A stretch of DNA of 64,000 bases from Camelus dromedarius (lineage: Eukaryota), in assembly GCF_036321535.1 (NCBI RefSeq), contig NC_087450.1, forward strand, positions 53,940,001 to 54,004,000. The letters are read 5' to 3'. Below are positions 33,431 through 46,200 of this stretch, piece by piece (position 1 is the first letter of the stretch; each line of letters opens with the position of its first letter). Position numbers and translations under genes: made by a program. A model generated the notes under the pieces. That model ran no database searches. It worked only from the letters and a program-made list of their open reading frames with translations, and was not told the origin of the DNA.

Positions 33431-36400
33431 CCCACTCTGGTATCTGAGTTTTACCACCCGGTTCTTGGAGGGGAGGCACAGTATTGAACTTGAGGGTCCT
33501 CTACATACCTAGACTCTTGGTGGTCCCTCGCTAGGGCTGGCCAGGGCAGATCCTCATCTGCAGTGGGAGAACTTTCTAGGACCTTACAGCCATCTCAGCA
33601 TCTGGCGGGCTGCCGTGGAGTGCATCATCGAACCTCTACTCCTACTTGGGCCTGAATCGCGCCGGTTCTTGTTTATTTAGTAAACAAGCATTTAATAAGT
33701 GTCTGCATGTGTCCGTCTCTGTCCCACATACAGTGCCAGGCGCTGGGCTTACAGAGGGGAATAACTTACTTGGTGCTTGCAGTCTAGAGGACGACGGTCT
33801 AGTAAATGTTTGTCACCACCTTCAGTAATATGCGCTGTTATAGCGGTGTGAGCAGAATGCCCCCGAGAGTGAAGATTTAGGAGCTACTGACCCGGGGTTG
33901 GGTTCTTTGCTAGAAAAGGCGATGTGGGGGTTGGTAATCTGAACTGGACCTTGGGGTTATTAGTTTCGTAGAGAGGGTCTCCCAGGCACAGGGTGAAAGT
34001 AAGAACCAGGAATCTGTATTTATTCAACAGAAATTTATTGAGAGCCTAACGTGTGCCAGTCACTGTTTTAAGCTCAGAAGATGCAGCAAGATCGAAAAGG
34101 ACTTTTATTAAAGGTCATGGAGTCCAGCTCGTATGAATTCTTGTTTACTGGATTTTTTTTTTTAAGTTTTTTGTTTAACTGGAGAGAGTACTCATTCTCC
34201 TGTGTCTCCTGTAAAGTTTGTAGTTTATCTTTAACCTTCTCACTGCAGTTTCTTCTTGTCTTGAGTAATTTATTTTGTAGGCTGGCAGAGATCCTCATAT
34301 ATTATTACTTTTCAACTATCTACTTCGTTTCTGTTTGTCTTGAACAGTGAACATTTTGTAGGATCTGCAGCTAGGAAACTTGCTGGTGCCACTGGTTAGA
34401 TAAGGCTAAGTTTCCATTCCTTAGCACTCACTGGTTAACTACAAGCATGTTTCAGAAGGCTTAACATTGTAAATTGATTAAAAAAAATAAGCACAGCCTC
34501 AGCTTACATTAAAACCTCGAAACCCTTTTTTTTTTGGTCTGGTTCTGTTGATTTCAACCAGACTACAAGCTCTTGGAAGAAGCTGTATCTGATTTATCTT
34601 TATATCCCTCCCCAGGACCAAGTTCTGTCTGCATGAGGTGGATGATCAGTTCATGTTTGTTGAATGAAATAACTTTCCTGTGATTTTAAGCCATCTCTGT
34701 CTGCACTTACTGGATGGCCATTGTCCCTTTCTTAATAGCACATTAGTGCATCTTAGTCACTGTGGTGCCTGGTACTGCCTATGCCATGTTTAGTCTATAT
34801 TTAAGAAACTATTTAATGTATCAATTATATATCAGTGTGGACGTTGGTAGCATTTTCTCTCTGGATATATAACCAATATTCAATAAATTTGCCTCGAGGC
34901 TTGAGTTTATTAATTCACATGACCACTTTTCCTGCAAGCAAAATTTGCTTTAGGCTTCTGTATCCCACCAAAACAGGGTGCTGAACTGGCGACTGGCGAC
35001 CAGCGACCAGCGTGGTCTTTGCCCTCGACTTTTCACTGACGTTTTGATTTGGAAACGTCCGTTTTCAGTCCTTGTCCTCCCCTGCAAAATTCATCCTGGC
35101 AAATGCCTGTAACTCTGCCATGCTCACTTGCACTCCCACTGTTCCTAGTCCTGCTTCTCCTTGTTTTGCTTTTATCTAAAAGTGGTTTTTAAATACTGGT
35201 AACTTGTGTTTAGTACTCTGTTAGGAAAGAAATAATAACTTTACATATTGTGTAAGTGTTACTAGGAAATATTCAAATGTGTTTTTGGTTTTTGTTTTTC
35301 CATTTGCAGCCTAGAGGCACCCGAAAACATGGTGCATCCTTTATCATCACGAAAGCAATTAGGGGTAAGTATAGTTTATTTTTCTACATATAATGGTATA
35401 GTTAGCAGATAATTTTTTCCCATTCATAACTGCTGTTTTAGGAAGTTTAGGAATTTGAAAATGTGTTCTTTTGACTTCTAATGTAGCGCCTGATTAAAAG
35501 TGAATAGCATAAATGCTACCTAAGTTTTATTTTATAAAAAGTATTTTAACTATACATATGTGTCTACTTGTAAATATACATGTATGTGTGTACACACACA
35601 CATAAATGTATACGTATGTTTATACACACACGCATTTTTAATGCAGCTTAAAGTATGGCCTGAGTTTAACCGTTACTGATGTATCCTAGAAGAAATGAAG
35701 AAAATCAAACCCACTGTGACTCTCAGAGAGTCTACAAACGCTGAAGGTGAAGGAAAGACAGTGACAGACCATTTTAAGTGGTTTACATTGATGTTTCAGG
35801 GACATCTGGTCGGAGTTATTCAAATTACAGATTTGATTAACCAGGGTAGTTGTTTAACTCCTGACAGACTTTACATATGAGCTCATAGGATCTGAGGAAG
35901 TACTGAGCACTAGATGCCTTAAGCAGGTGTTTTGATGGCTGTATGTATGTTAATTGATGTAATCCTTTACCAGACCAGCAAAGTGTAGGTGATGATAAGA
36001 ATTTATACTTTTAGATGAGGAAACTTGCCTGGGGTCATTCATCTGGAATTTGACTACATGTCTTTCTGACTCCAAAGCCCATTCTTATTATACCAGGGTA
36101 TTTCAGCTACTTATAGAGTGAAAATTCAGTTTCAAAAGAGTTGAGTACCTGAAATTAATTATAATTGTATCTCCTGGTACAAGAAGCAGCTGCATAATTC
36201 AATTTCATTATCACAAATGTGAAATTTTGAAAATTTAGAAAATATACACAAGTAATAAAAATAATTGTACAAAGTTTACAGAATATAAATAACCACAAAT
36301 TAGAATAAATCTTCATTTTACCACCCAGAGATAATCTCTTATCCTTCAGACCTTTTGCTGTTGACTTCGTAACTTCATAACTGTGTAAACATGTTCACAC

Positions 36401-37257
36401 ATACATGTATGTTTTAAATGGGATCGTATAAAACATTACTTGTCAATAGAATTTCCCACGGACTTCCTCATTTTAAGCATCATTATTTTTTAAGTTTTTG
36501 CTATAAAGTGTAAAATGATACCTTAATCTTTATATAAGTACTTTGGTTTTAATGGGTGATTACTTTGACTTCTACTCTGTGATTTTATTAAAACCTCTTA
36601 GGTGAAATTTGGCATCTCAAACCACTGTAACTTGTACTATTAGGAAATGCTTCAAAGTTTTGAATAACACAAACTTGGGACTTAATAGAACAAATATAGG
36701 ATCTTGTAAAAGTTAGTAGTGTATATTAGATTATATTTATTCTCTTCAGGAGTTGTGCCATGTTTTGTTTTGTAATGACTCAGTCTACAGTGTATTTTTA
36801 TTATTTATTCTCAATAAATCTAAAATTGCAAATGATTCCTCAAGAATAGCTCATTCATATTTGGCTTTGCTGTTTCTTTTTATTACAGACCGTTTATTAT
36901 TTTTACGCCAATATATCTGGTACAGGTGAGTCATCCCTTCTCTGTGCATCAGAGAAGGTTCGTTAGGTTTCAGTTCTCGGCTACTTTTTAATTCTTTTGT
37001 GTGTTAAGTATGTTTTTAGGCCTGGTGCTAATTTTCAGCTATAAAAGGAACAATTATGAAATGATTATTCTGACCAAGGATACAATTCGGCTTTTAGATA
37101 CATGTGTAGGAATTGTTTTATAGAACTGTTTACAGCAGATTCCTTTTTCCTTAAGGACGTCTAATCTAAAGAGCTCTAGAGATAATATAGTTTTAGTTCC
37201 ATAAAAAAGACCTTTGGTTCTTCTTTGGGGTTAGCTCCTTTGCTTTTCTGCTGTTAC

Positions 37258-37288
<31 letters not shown>

Positions 37289-40200
37289 TTGTATGTGTAT
37301 AAATTAAATTTCTGATTTAATTTTGTCTTAACTTTGGGGAGTGTGGGTTGTGATGGAGTAGAGAATAGAGTGGGGGAGAAGGTGGTAGTGGGGAGAGGTG
37401 TGGAGGGAGGTAGGCTGCTTTTCCTGGGCTCACCAGGCTGCGCATGCTAGTGCTGAACCCCTTCGGATAGGGATGGCAGAAAACGTCGGTTGCGGTTGCT
37501 TCTTGACAGTAAGTCCTGTTGTTACTTATTGAGAAGGAGGACTTGCAAGAGCCCCTCTGTGACAAGCCTTGTCCTGTGTGACATCACCTTAAGGTGAGGC
37601 GTCGGGAGGTATTTCTCCCAGGAAGCCCTTCGCCTGCGTTGGCCACGTCGCTCAGTGTGCAGGTTGGGAACTCACCGCGGGATGATTATCTAGTCTTCTC
37701 CATGTTACGTTTCTTTCGAAAAACTTGTAGTTCAGTTTTCTGCTCTTGAGTTTTATGGTCATTATACCTAAAGGTTTTGGGGCCAATGTTTGTTTCAAGT
37801 GACTTTTTCTTTTTGTTTTTTTTTTCTTTCAATTATGAGAGTTATAGACAATAGTATGATGAACCTCCTGTGGTTTGTATCTTTATCTGAGTTAAAGTGG
37901 TTGTTGCTTTTCTGCCATATTTCATACTTCAGAGAGCCCTTTTTTTTTCATGCAAAATGTTACAGCTCAGGTCCACTCCTCACCCTCACCCATACCGCTT
38001 CTGCCCCTCCTCCCTTCCCCTCCAGAGGAAATTACTGTCCTCATGTTGATTGCATCATTCATGTGTATGTTTCTGATCTTTATTATATCTGTATCTATCC
38101 CATGGCATTAAATATTTTGTGTTTTAAAAAATGAACATAAATATACTGAATATATATTACTAATTTTTAAAAATCTTATTTTGTGTTTTCTAATTTCTGT
38201 AGTGTGGTTTTTTTCCTATTTCTTCCCCTGTCAAATTATTTCTTTATTCTTCTTTTCCACCTGGTTTCTTGATTTCTTCATGTGTTACCCCTTTAATTTG
38301 TTTTATCTGGTTCACATATGGTGGATCGTTCCCTCGTGCCTTTTGTGAATGGTGCTATTGTGACCTTCTGCTTGGGAATCTTGCATCACGTGAGTGAAAC
38401 TGCAGTCCAGCCTTGCATATAGTAAACACTTGAGGTTTTGATTTTCCACAGGACGATTCATTCCCATCCCCCCACAGATCAGGATTCCAGGCAGAGATGG
38501 GATTCCTGTAAGCCTCCCTGGGCCCTGGGGAGGTCTGTCTAGTTCTTTCACTGATAGTGCAGTCACGTGAGGGTCCTGGCCTTCGCAGGAGTCTCTCGTC
38601 CAACTCCTGTCCTTCGTGTGGCCCACAGCTCATTTCCTACCCAGGTGTTAACTCTTGTGTTGCATTCTTCTTCCTCCCTTTGTCCTGGACCCAATTCTGA
38701 CTTTCAGTTTTCTTTTCATTTGTAGTTCTTGGAGATTTCTCTTTCTTTCTCTTGAGTGTGGGTGTACACTAGAATTTGTGTTTGTGAGTTGAGCCAGAAT
38801 TTCTAGGTGTGCATTGCAGGAAGGGTCTCTTCTAAGCTCACTCTGCTCTGTTTCTGGCACCCTCAGTATCTTTTCCTTAGAAGGAACATTAAATTCATGT
38901 CATTGAGCACATCACCATGTTTTTCTGTAGAGAAGTGAATGTGGTCAAATTTCAGATATCCAATAAGTGACTTTAGGTTTTGGGTTTGCTGGTATTCACT
39001 TTTTATATTCTAATGGAAAAAAATCCCTGTTGCTTGCTATAGGTCTATGCTGTTTATAATATTTACCTACTTACATGTAGTTTTCATGATTAGATTTTAA
39101 GTTAGCTAATGTGTTATGATTTCAGCCCTGCACCTTTTTTGCTCCCTGATGGACTGGTTCGCTTGGTTAATAAACAGGTAAACTGGCATTTGGTGCTTGC
39201 AAGGTAAGGATGTATAAAATTCATGTAATGTTCCTCTACCTGGATTAGCATTCAAAATCCATTATAGATATTAATTTTGGGGTCCATATGGCTTGCAGTC
39301 TTGTTTTTTTTTTTTTAAGGTGGGGGAGGAGGGTAATTAGATTTGTTTATTTTTATTTACTTATTTATATACTTAATGGAGATACTGGGGATTGAACCCA
39401 GGACCTTGTGCATACTGAGCAGACACTGTACCACTGAGTTATACCCCTAGCCTTGATTTTTATTGTATATAAATTGCCTTTGTCACACATGATTAGTATT
39501 GTTTAAATGTGTTCATTTAATTTAACTGTATTTAATTGTTCTTTTGTACCTATATACTCATCTAATTATAAGACCAAAAGTTGGATAATTAAAAGATGTG
39601 AAAAAATTTAAAAATGATTTGAACTTCTTAAAATAATCCCATCTATGTTGAATATGGCTACAAATATTCACATAGGTTTTTGTTTCTCATTCTGCCCCAT
39701 GACAGCAATGGGAAACTTCTGGCTGCTGTTCAAGATCAGTGTGTGGAGATCAGGTAACTGTTAATATTATTCATATTAAAAAATTTCCCTTGAGAAAAGT
39801 TTTCCTTCATTTATGGGAACTAAGATTCTTTTTTTTAAATTTTAAGTGTGGTTGATGTACAATAACTAAGAATTTTCAAGGGATTATGTGACTATTAACT
39901 CACATGCTGTTTTAGCCTTCTGTTTGTGAAGTTTCTTCTCCCATTTATCCAACTAGAACTGAACCCCTCAACATCTTGGGGAGTAGACAGAGAGTTTGCC
40001 CCCACTGGGGCACCGACTTCAGATCAGGAGTCTCAGTGATCCTTCTCAAAACCATCAGGTTAGAAATGATTGGCAGTAATGACAGCCTTTCATAACTTCA
40101 GTACTTCATCTGGATGCCTTTAATAGGCAGGGCCTTCTTTTCTAACAGCAACGTTGAGCATCAAGTTGATACAGTATATGAACTGATACTAGTCATAGAA

Positions 40201-43200
40201 ATGGGCTGGCTAGTACTTCCTACCCCATTGGCTGCAGTGATGTGAAAAGTATCTTTTGAGAAATGCGCTCATTGGGTGACTTCTTTGTGAGCAGCAGAAA
40301 ATAGTCAAAATTTCCATCTCTTTCCCATGAAATGAGAACATTAACAGAATGATTTTAGGTCTTAGGGTTGGAATATGTATTTGGGGATGGGGTTGATATT
40401 TAGGCTTGTCAAGGAGGCTTTGACCAAGGGTTTCTGGAACTTGTTAATAAAATTGTGATGAAAAGGAAAAAAAAGTGACTTATAAAAGAATTTGCTACTG
40501 GATTGTTAGCATATAAAATAATATTTATAAAACTTATATCCAGCCCTCTAGGAATTCACTCCTACATTTGAGATTAAGTGGTAAGGGAAGATTTCTGGGC
40601 AACAGAAGTGATGCTTGTCAAGATTTTAGTAACCTGGCCTGTAGTTTGCAAAAGCTTTGTAACTTAGTATATCTAAAGACTCTTATCTGGTGAAGAGTCA
40701 ACTTTATCAGGAAGCCTTTCAGGAACACGTTCAGAGTGGATCCCCCTTCCCCTCATTGGTTAGGTGCTGATTCTCTATGCTCCTATAATAATCAACACAT
40801 TATTATACTTAATGATAAGGTTATGCTAATAATGTTGGGCACTGTTGTGTTTTACATGTGTTAACTCCCTCGTGAAGAACCCCTGTGAAGTGGGTACAAC
40901 TATTTTTCTCTGTTTTAGAAATGAGGAAGCTGGCAAAATGCGGTTAAGTAACTTGCCCAAGGATTTGGAATCAGCCATCCTAGCTTCAGTGTTCATGCTC
41001 TTATCTACAAATCTGTGCTACCTTTTGATCATGTCACATATATACCTGTATGTTTGCACGTGGGTTTCCTCCAGTGTATTTAGGTATATATCCACTGCTG
41101 TGCATAATTCCAGGGGATGCCATTTGCTTAAAACTCATGTGAATGGCATGTGAAGTCCGCAGCTCCAGTTACACTGAATGTTCCTTGAAGGCACGGACTG
41201 TCCTTTTTCCTTAGCACTTTTATATTTTCTTGCACGTGGTAGGTGTCTAATTTATGTTTGATCAGTAAGTGGCGTGTTTGCAAGTGGGATGGGGAAGTAG
41301 ATGCTGGGAGGGCATTACAGGGCGTAGCCCACTGACTTGCTCACAGCTGGCACTTGGTTGCTTTTGTTCAATAAATATAGACAAACAAAATTACTTTTCA
41401 GTAACCTGAAGGGAAGTGTCTTTAAGCAAAGATGTGGAAGAGTCCACAAAGGAAAAGGGCAAGGTAGATCCTTGAAGTAAACGCTATGAATGGTGGCTGT
41501 GCCTGAGTTTTTAAGACATTTGTTCTCACTACTCCACGTGCGTCTTTACTCCAGTGAAGAGCGTGTACAATCCAAGATTGCCTTCCGTGGCAGTAGTTGT
41601 AGGCACCCAGTACTCAGTAAATATTTGTTGATTGGATTAGAATATGAAAGATAATTCTAGTATCTGGGGTTATTATTCGATATTAGAAAGCAGTTATAAA
41701 TAGGAAATGGTCTTTGTGAAAAAATGCAAGGCTGAAACACACTCGTTTTAGGAGACAGCTCTGCCTTTTGCAGGATAGGGCTGGGGCTGCTGTTCCCCCA
41801 CTTTAGTTTTGTAGTGAATGCAAGTGACTCTGATCACTTGCTCTAATATGGCATACTTAACCTGCTTGTGTGTGGTGTGCACGTGGATGAAAAACGACTT
41901 GTGAATTGCTACTTTAATTTGTAATTTGGTGGTAGTTGTGGATTATAAGTGGCTAATGTATGTTTCCTTTTTCCTAAAGAGTGAGTAATAATAGTTTCTT
42001 ATGATTATGGGCTGTTATAAATATGGGAACTAATTAGAAACCGTCACAGAACACAACAAAAAAGCGTTAAAATAGTAGACTCATAAAAAAGGCACCCTCT
42101 TCCTCCAGTAAATTCTGTGAAGTTTTGACAGAACAGATTTATGTCTCCCTCCCTCCCCTTTTCCAGCAAAAAGAACAACTATTATTTATGAATATATTAA
42201 AGATGAAAGTAATGAAAATTTACTTAGGTCTCATTCATGCTAATTTATATGTAATATCTCATTTAATCTTTTCCCTAAGTTGTGAAGCTATTACTTGGCC
42301 TACTTTATTGAAAGGAAAATGAAATCAAATTGGATATTTTGTCTAGGTTACACATAGAGAGGGTTTAAATCAGGTCAGTTTTACTTCAAAGACCATGTCC
42401 TTTCTGCTCGATTCCACTTGGAGGCTGAATAGTTCAATTTCTTGAGGAAATTTATTTCCATATTTATACCTGATTTTTGTTATAACATAATGTTTTAATA
42501 AATGACTAAAAATCTTAGAGTCTTTAAAATTTGTTTTAAAAGTAATGCTTAGTCATTTTACAAATATTAGAAAATATAGTTAAGTATTTATGAAAGAAGT
42601 ACAAGTTTTACTATCCAGAGTTGTCTACTATTAATATTTTGGTATATGGTTCTTTGAAACTATTCTGTGTGTGTAACATATTTACATATAGGTAGTAAAA
42701 TGATACTGTACATTCTATTTGATGCCTTTTTCTTGATAAATTTTGAAAATTAATATGTTGTCAGCATCTTTCCATGTAGTAATTGCATAATATTCATTGA
42801 GATTATATAGTAAAATCTAATACTTAATCACTTTATGTTGGCTATACTTTTCTCTTTCATAAATTAGGCTGCATTAATTTCCTTGATATCTGTGTGTATC
42901 TGTAATTATTCCCCAGGGATAACTTTACAGAACTTAAATTGCTGGATCAAATACTAAGGACATGAAAGTTTTGGATAATTGTCACAATTTTTTTCTAGAA
43001 GGTTTATCAATTTTCACTTTTGAAGATATAATTATTAGACTACTTTGGTATATATTTTAAGATTGCAGATTTTAAATAGGTCACTGATATAAATATGATC
43101 ACCTTCTATTTGACTTATTAAAACAAGACTTTTTTTTCCTAAGTGATTAAACTTTGTAATATGATGTAGACCAGTGGTTCTTAACCAGGATCAATCTATG

Positions 43201-46200
43201 GAGCTTAAAAAACATACATATTTTTGTTGGGCCCTATCTCAGATTCACTGGACCAGAGCCTTTGGGGATGGGGTCCAGTCATCTCTATTGTATTAAAAGA
43301 CCGTGCTTAAAATCAGTTATGCTTGTATCACTGTATTCCTAGTGTAGCTTTGTCCCTAGTGAAATACGAAGGTTGGAAGAAAACTTTGTCACCCATGAAG
43401 GAGTCTTGAGGCACAAAACTATCTGTGTGAGAGAAGGAATGATTTAATGTTGTCTAAAGAAGTTGCCTGCTCTATAAGTGTTTGTGGTGACGTACTATTA
43501 TAGAGTACTGTTGTTATGGCAAAACTGTTGTCTTAATTTTACACATTTTGCAGGTCTGCAAAAGACGATTTTACGTCTATTATTGGGAAATGTCAAGGTA
43601 AGAGTTTCCAAAATCTTTTAAAAATGAAAAATTCAAATCTGCAGCAGTTAACAATATTTCTTCAAAGTCAGAATAGGTATTAAGTAAGTATTTATTAACA
43701 AAGATTATTATGACTTTATTAAAATAGTTTTAAAACATCTTAATTGATTTCTCTTAAGTGTTTTGCTTTAAGATGTGAATTTTGGAGAGATTTGAAATTG
43801 AAACTGTTTTAAAAAAATCTAAGCCAGTTTTGGGATAAAGAATTGGTAAGTGTATACAGTCTTTTATTTTGAATTCAGTGCAGAAAAGAATTTATAGATA
43901 GGTAAACAGTTGGTCAGATATAGACTAGTAAATATAGTCTGGGATTTGATCAGTTTTTGATATATGATTCAGCAAAAGTTTCCTGAGTATTATTTATGTG
44001 TATGAACCATTTTTCTGGGTCTTAGGGATATGATTGTGAGCAAAAATGCATGGTCCCTTACCTCATGAGTCATGTAGACACTCAAGTATATACTTACAGA
44101 CTTTGACAAATCTGATGAAGGAAAAACGGAGTGAGCGTTTAACTAAGGGTGTGAGATGATGTTGTTGAGAAAGTGACTTTCAGAAAGCAACCTTAATGAG
44201 TAGAAGGTAGAAGATGGGGGAGTGTTTCGATTTGAGGGAGCAGTGTGTGAAAAGGCAGGGGGGGAACTGTACGGGAGGAAGATAATTAAGAGGGTGTTGA
44301 CAGGTAAGTGCATCTATTACCTACATTTTATTTACAGGGCCTGCAGTTCCATTTGTCTGACCTCGTGTTGGTTTAACAGTGTTAAACTGTTGTAGGACTC
44401 ACAATGATCATAATCACGGTCACCGGGATGATGACAAACATTTATGGTGCCCTTACTGTGTGCCAGGCACTGTATTTAATGCTTTACATGCATTTTCTCC
44501 TCGACTGAAGGAACATGGTATGCATATTTTATCTTAAAGCAGCATTAGGATGACATAAATAATCGAAGTGAAAGAGCTCAGAGCAGGGAGGCCTTGGTAG
44601 TTGTGAAACCGGCAAAATCGTGCCAGTGCTGAGGACTCTCCCCGGCTGCTCTTAAGCTTCTGGTCCAGTGTGCCATTAGTGGCCACGGGCTGGTTTCCTT
44701 CTCATTTTTCTCATTCTCAGCTGTCCAGGTGTGTTCAGAAGATTAAAGATCGATGGTTTAAATAATGTTTTGAGTCCCATAGGAATGGCAATATTAATTC
44801 TATTAGTGTGTCAGAATCATTATTCTTACACAATTCCATGTATACTAGTAGATAAAGTAGTAATAAAGTTCTTGTGGAGTTGTTTTTACATATAGTGTGT
44901 AACTTAAAGGCAAATGTGAAACTTCCTACATATTTATATAAATTTACCTCCCCTTCTTATAATCTGCTCCTTCTATTACCTGGAGTACACTGTTATCTCA
45001 GTGCCCAGGTTAGTGGTACCATTGTCTGTACCAAGCCAGAAATCTAGACATCTTCTCTTCTTTTTCCTTCTCTCCTTTCCCTCTTTTCTTTCATCCACAA
45101 ATACTTACTTAGTTGCCACTCTGTGCCAGGCACTGTGGTCCTAGGCACTATGTATATGGTGAGGAATAAGATACGGGTTACCTAGATTTATAGTCCGTCA
45201 GGGAAGAGAGAGAGAAGTAACTCATTGCACTTATACTGATACAGTGGAGAAGCCTCAGCCTAACTTCGCCACAACCTGGGCGTCTGTGTAAATGGCTCTT
45301 GCTTCCTGCTTGTGTACGTCAGTTACCACAGCCCTAGCTCAGGCTCCTAACACTTTTTCACTTGGTTTCTTGCAACAGTCTCCTGACAAGGCTTTCTTCT
45401 GTATGTTCTTCACTAACCCATCCTTTACACTGCTTGTCAGATTGATCGTCTTTCAATGAGGATTCTATCAAGGTGACCCTTCAAGTCTGGCTCTACTGCT
45501 TTCTAGGTAGTAATCTTGGACAAGTCACTTTACCTCTCTGAGCCTCAGTTGTCTGTAATATGGGCATGATCTTACAGATCGGGTTGTGGAAAAATGATGT
45601 GAGCTGATATACATGTAAAGCTCTTAGCATAATGTCTGACATACTGAGTACTTAGGAGTCATTAAGCTGTTATCAGTCACCACTACTAGTGTTATTATTC
45701 TGCCTAAAACCTTTCAGTTGTTCACCGTTGACTGTAGAATGCAGTTCATATTTTCTAGTTCAGGACACGAGACCTTCCAGAGTCTGCCTGCCTGTTCTGT
45801 AAGGCGGCTCTGCCGTGTGTCCTGTGTTCTGGGACAGAGTAGCTTACAGTTTCCCAGCCCCATAGTGCTTTCCATGCTTAGTACAGATAGCTCCTTTAGC
45901 CTAGGTGCTCCCACCTTTGTATTTAATTAGTCCTGCATGTTTTAGGTCAAGCATTAGCTTTTTTGGGAAACCTTTTTTCCATACTCTCTTCTTCATAAAT
46001 TATGCATCTTAATGTTTCTGTAGTACTTTTTGTACCAGTATCACTACACCTAGCCTTATCTACTTTCCTTTTTTAATTGTTGACTTGCTTGTCTGATTCC
46101 TAATTAGATAGTAAATTCTTTGAAGGGAGGGCTCCTGCCTCACTCAACTTTTTTTTTTTTTAATTTCTAGTGCCACTAGTAAGAATATAACTTTTGATCA

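Noticed and set aside
32871-33512. Several 70-120 aa ORFs around NBAS exon 1
   Set aside because: Same GC-rich artefact; only 33058-33174 is supported by splice signals and homology
41866-41885. U1 snRNA pseudogene (ATACTTAACCTG)
   Set aside because: Contains an insertion relative to U1 and has no downstream U1 sequence
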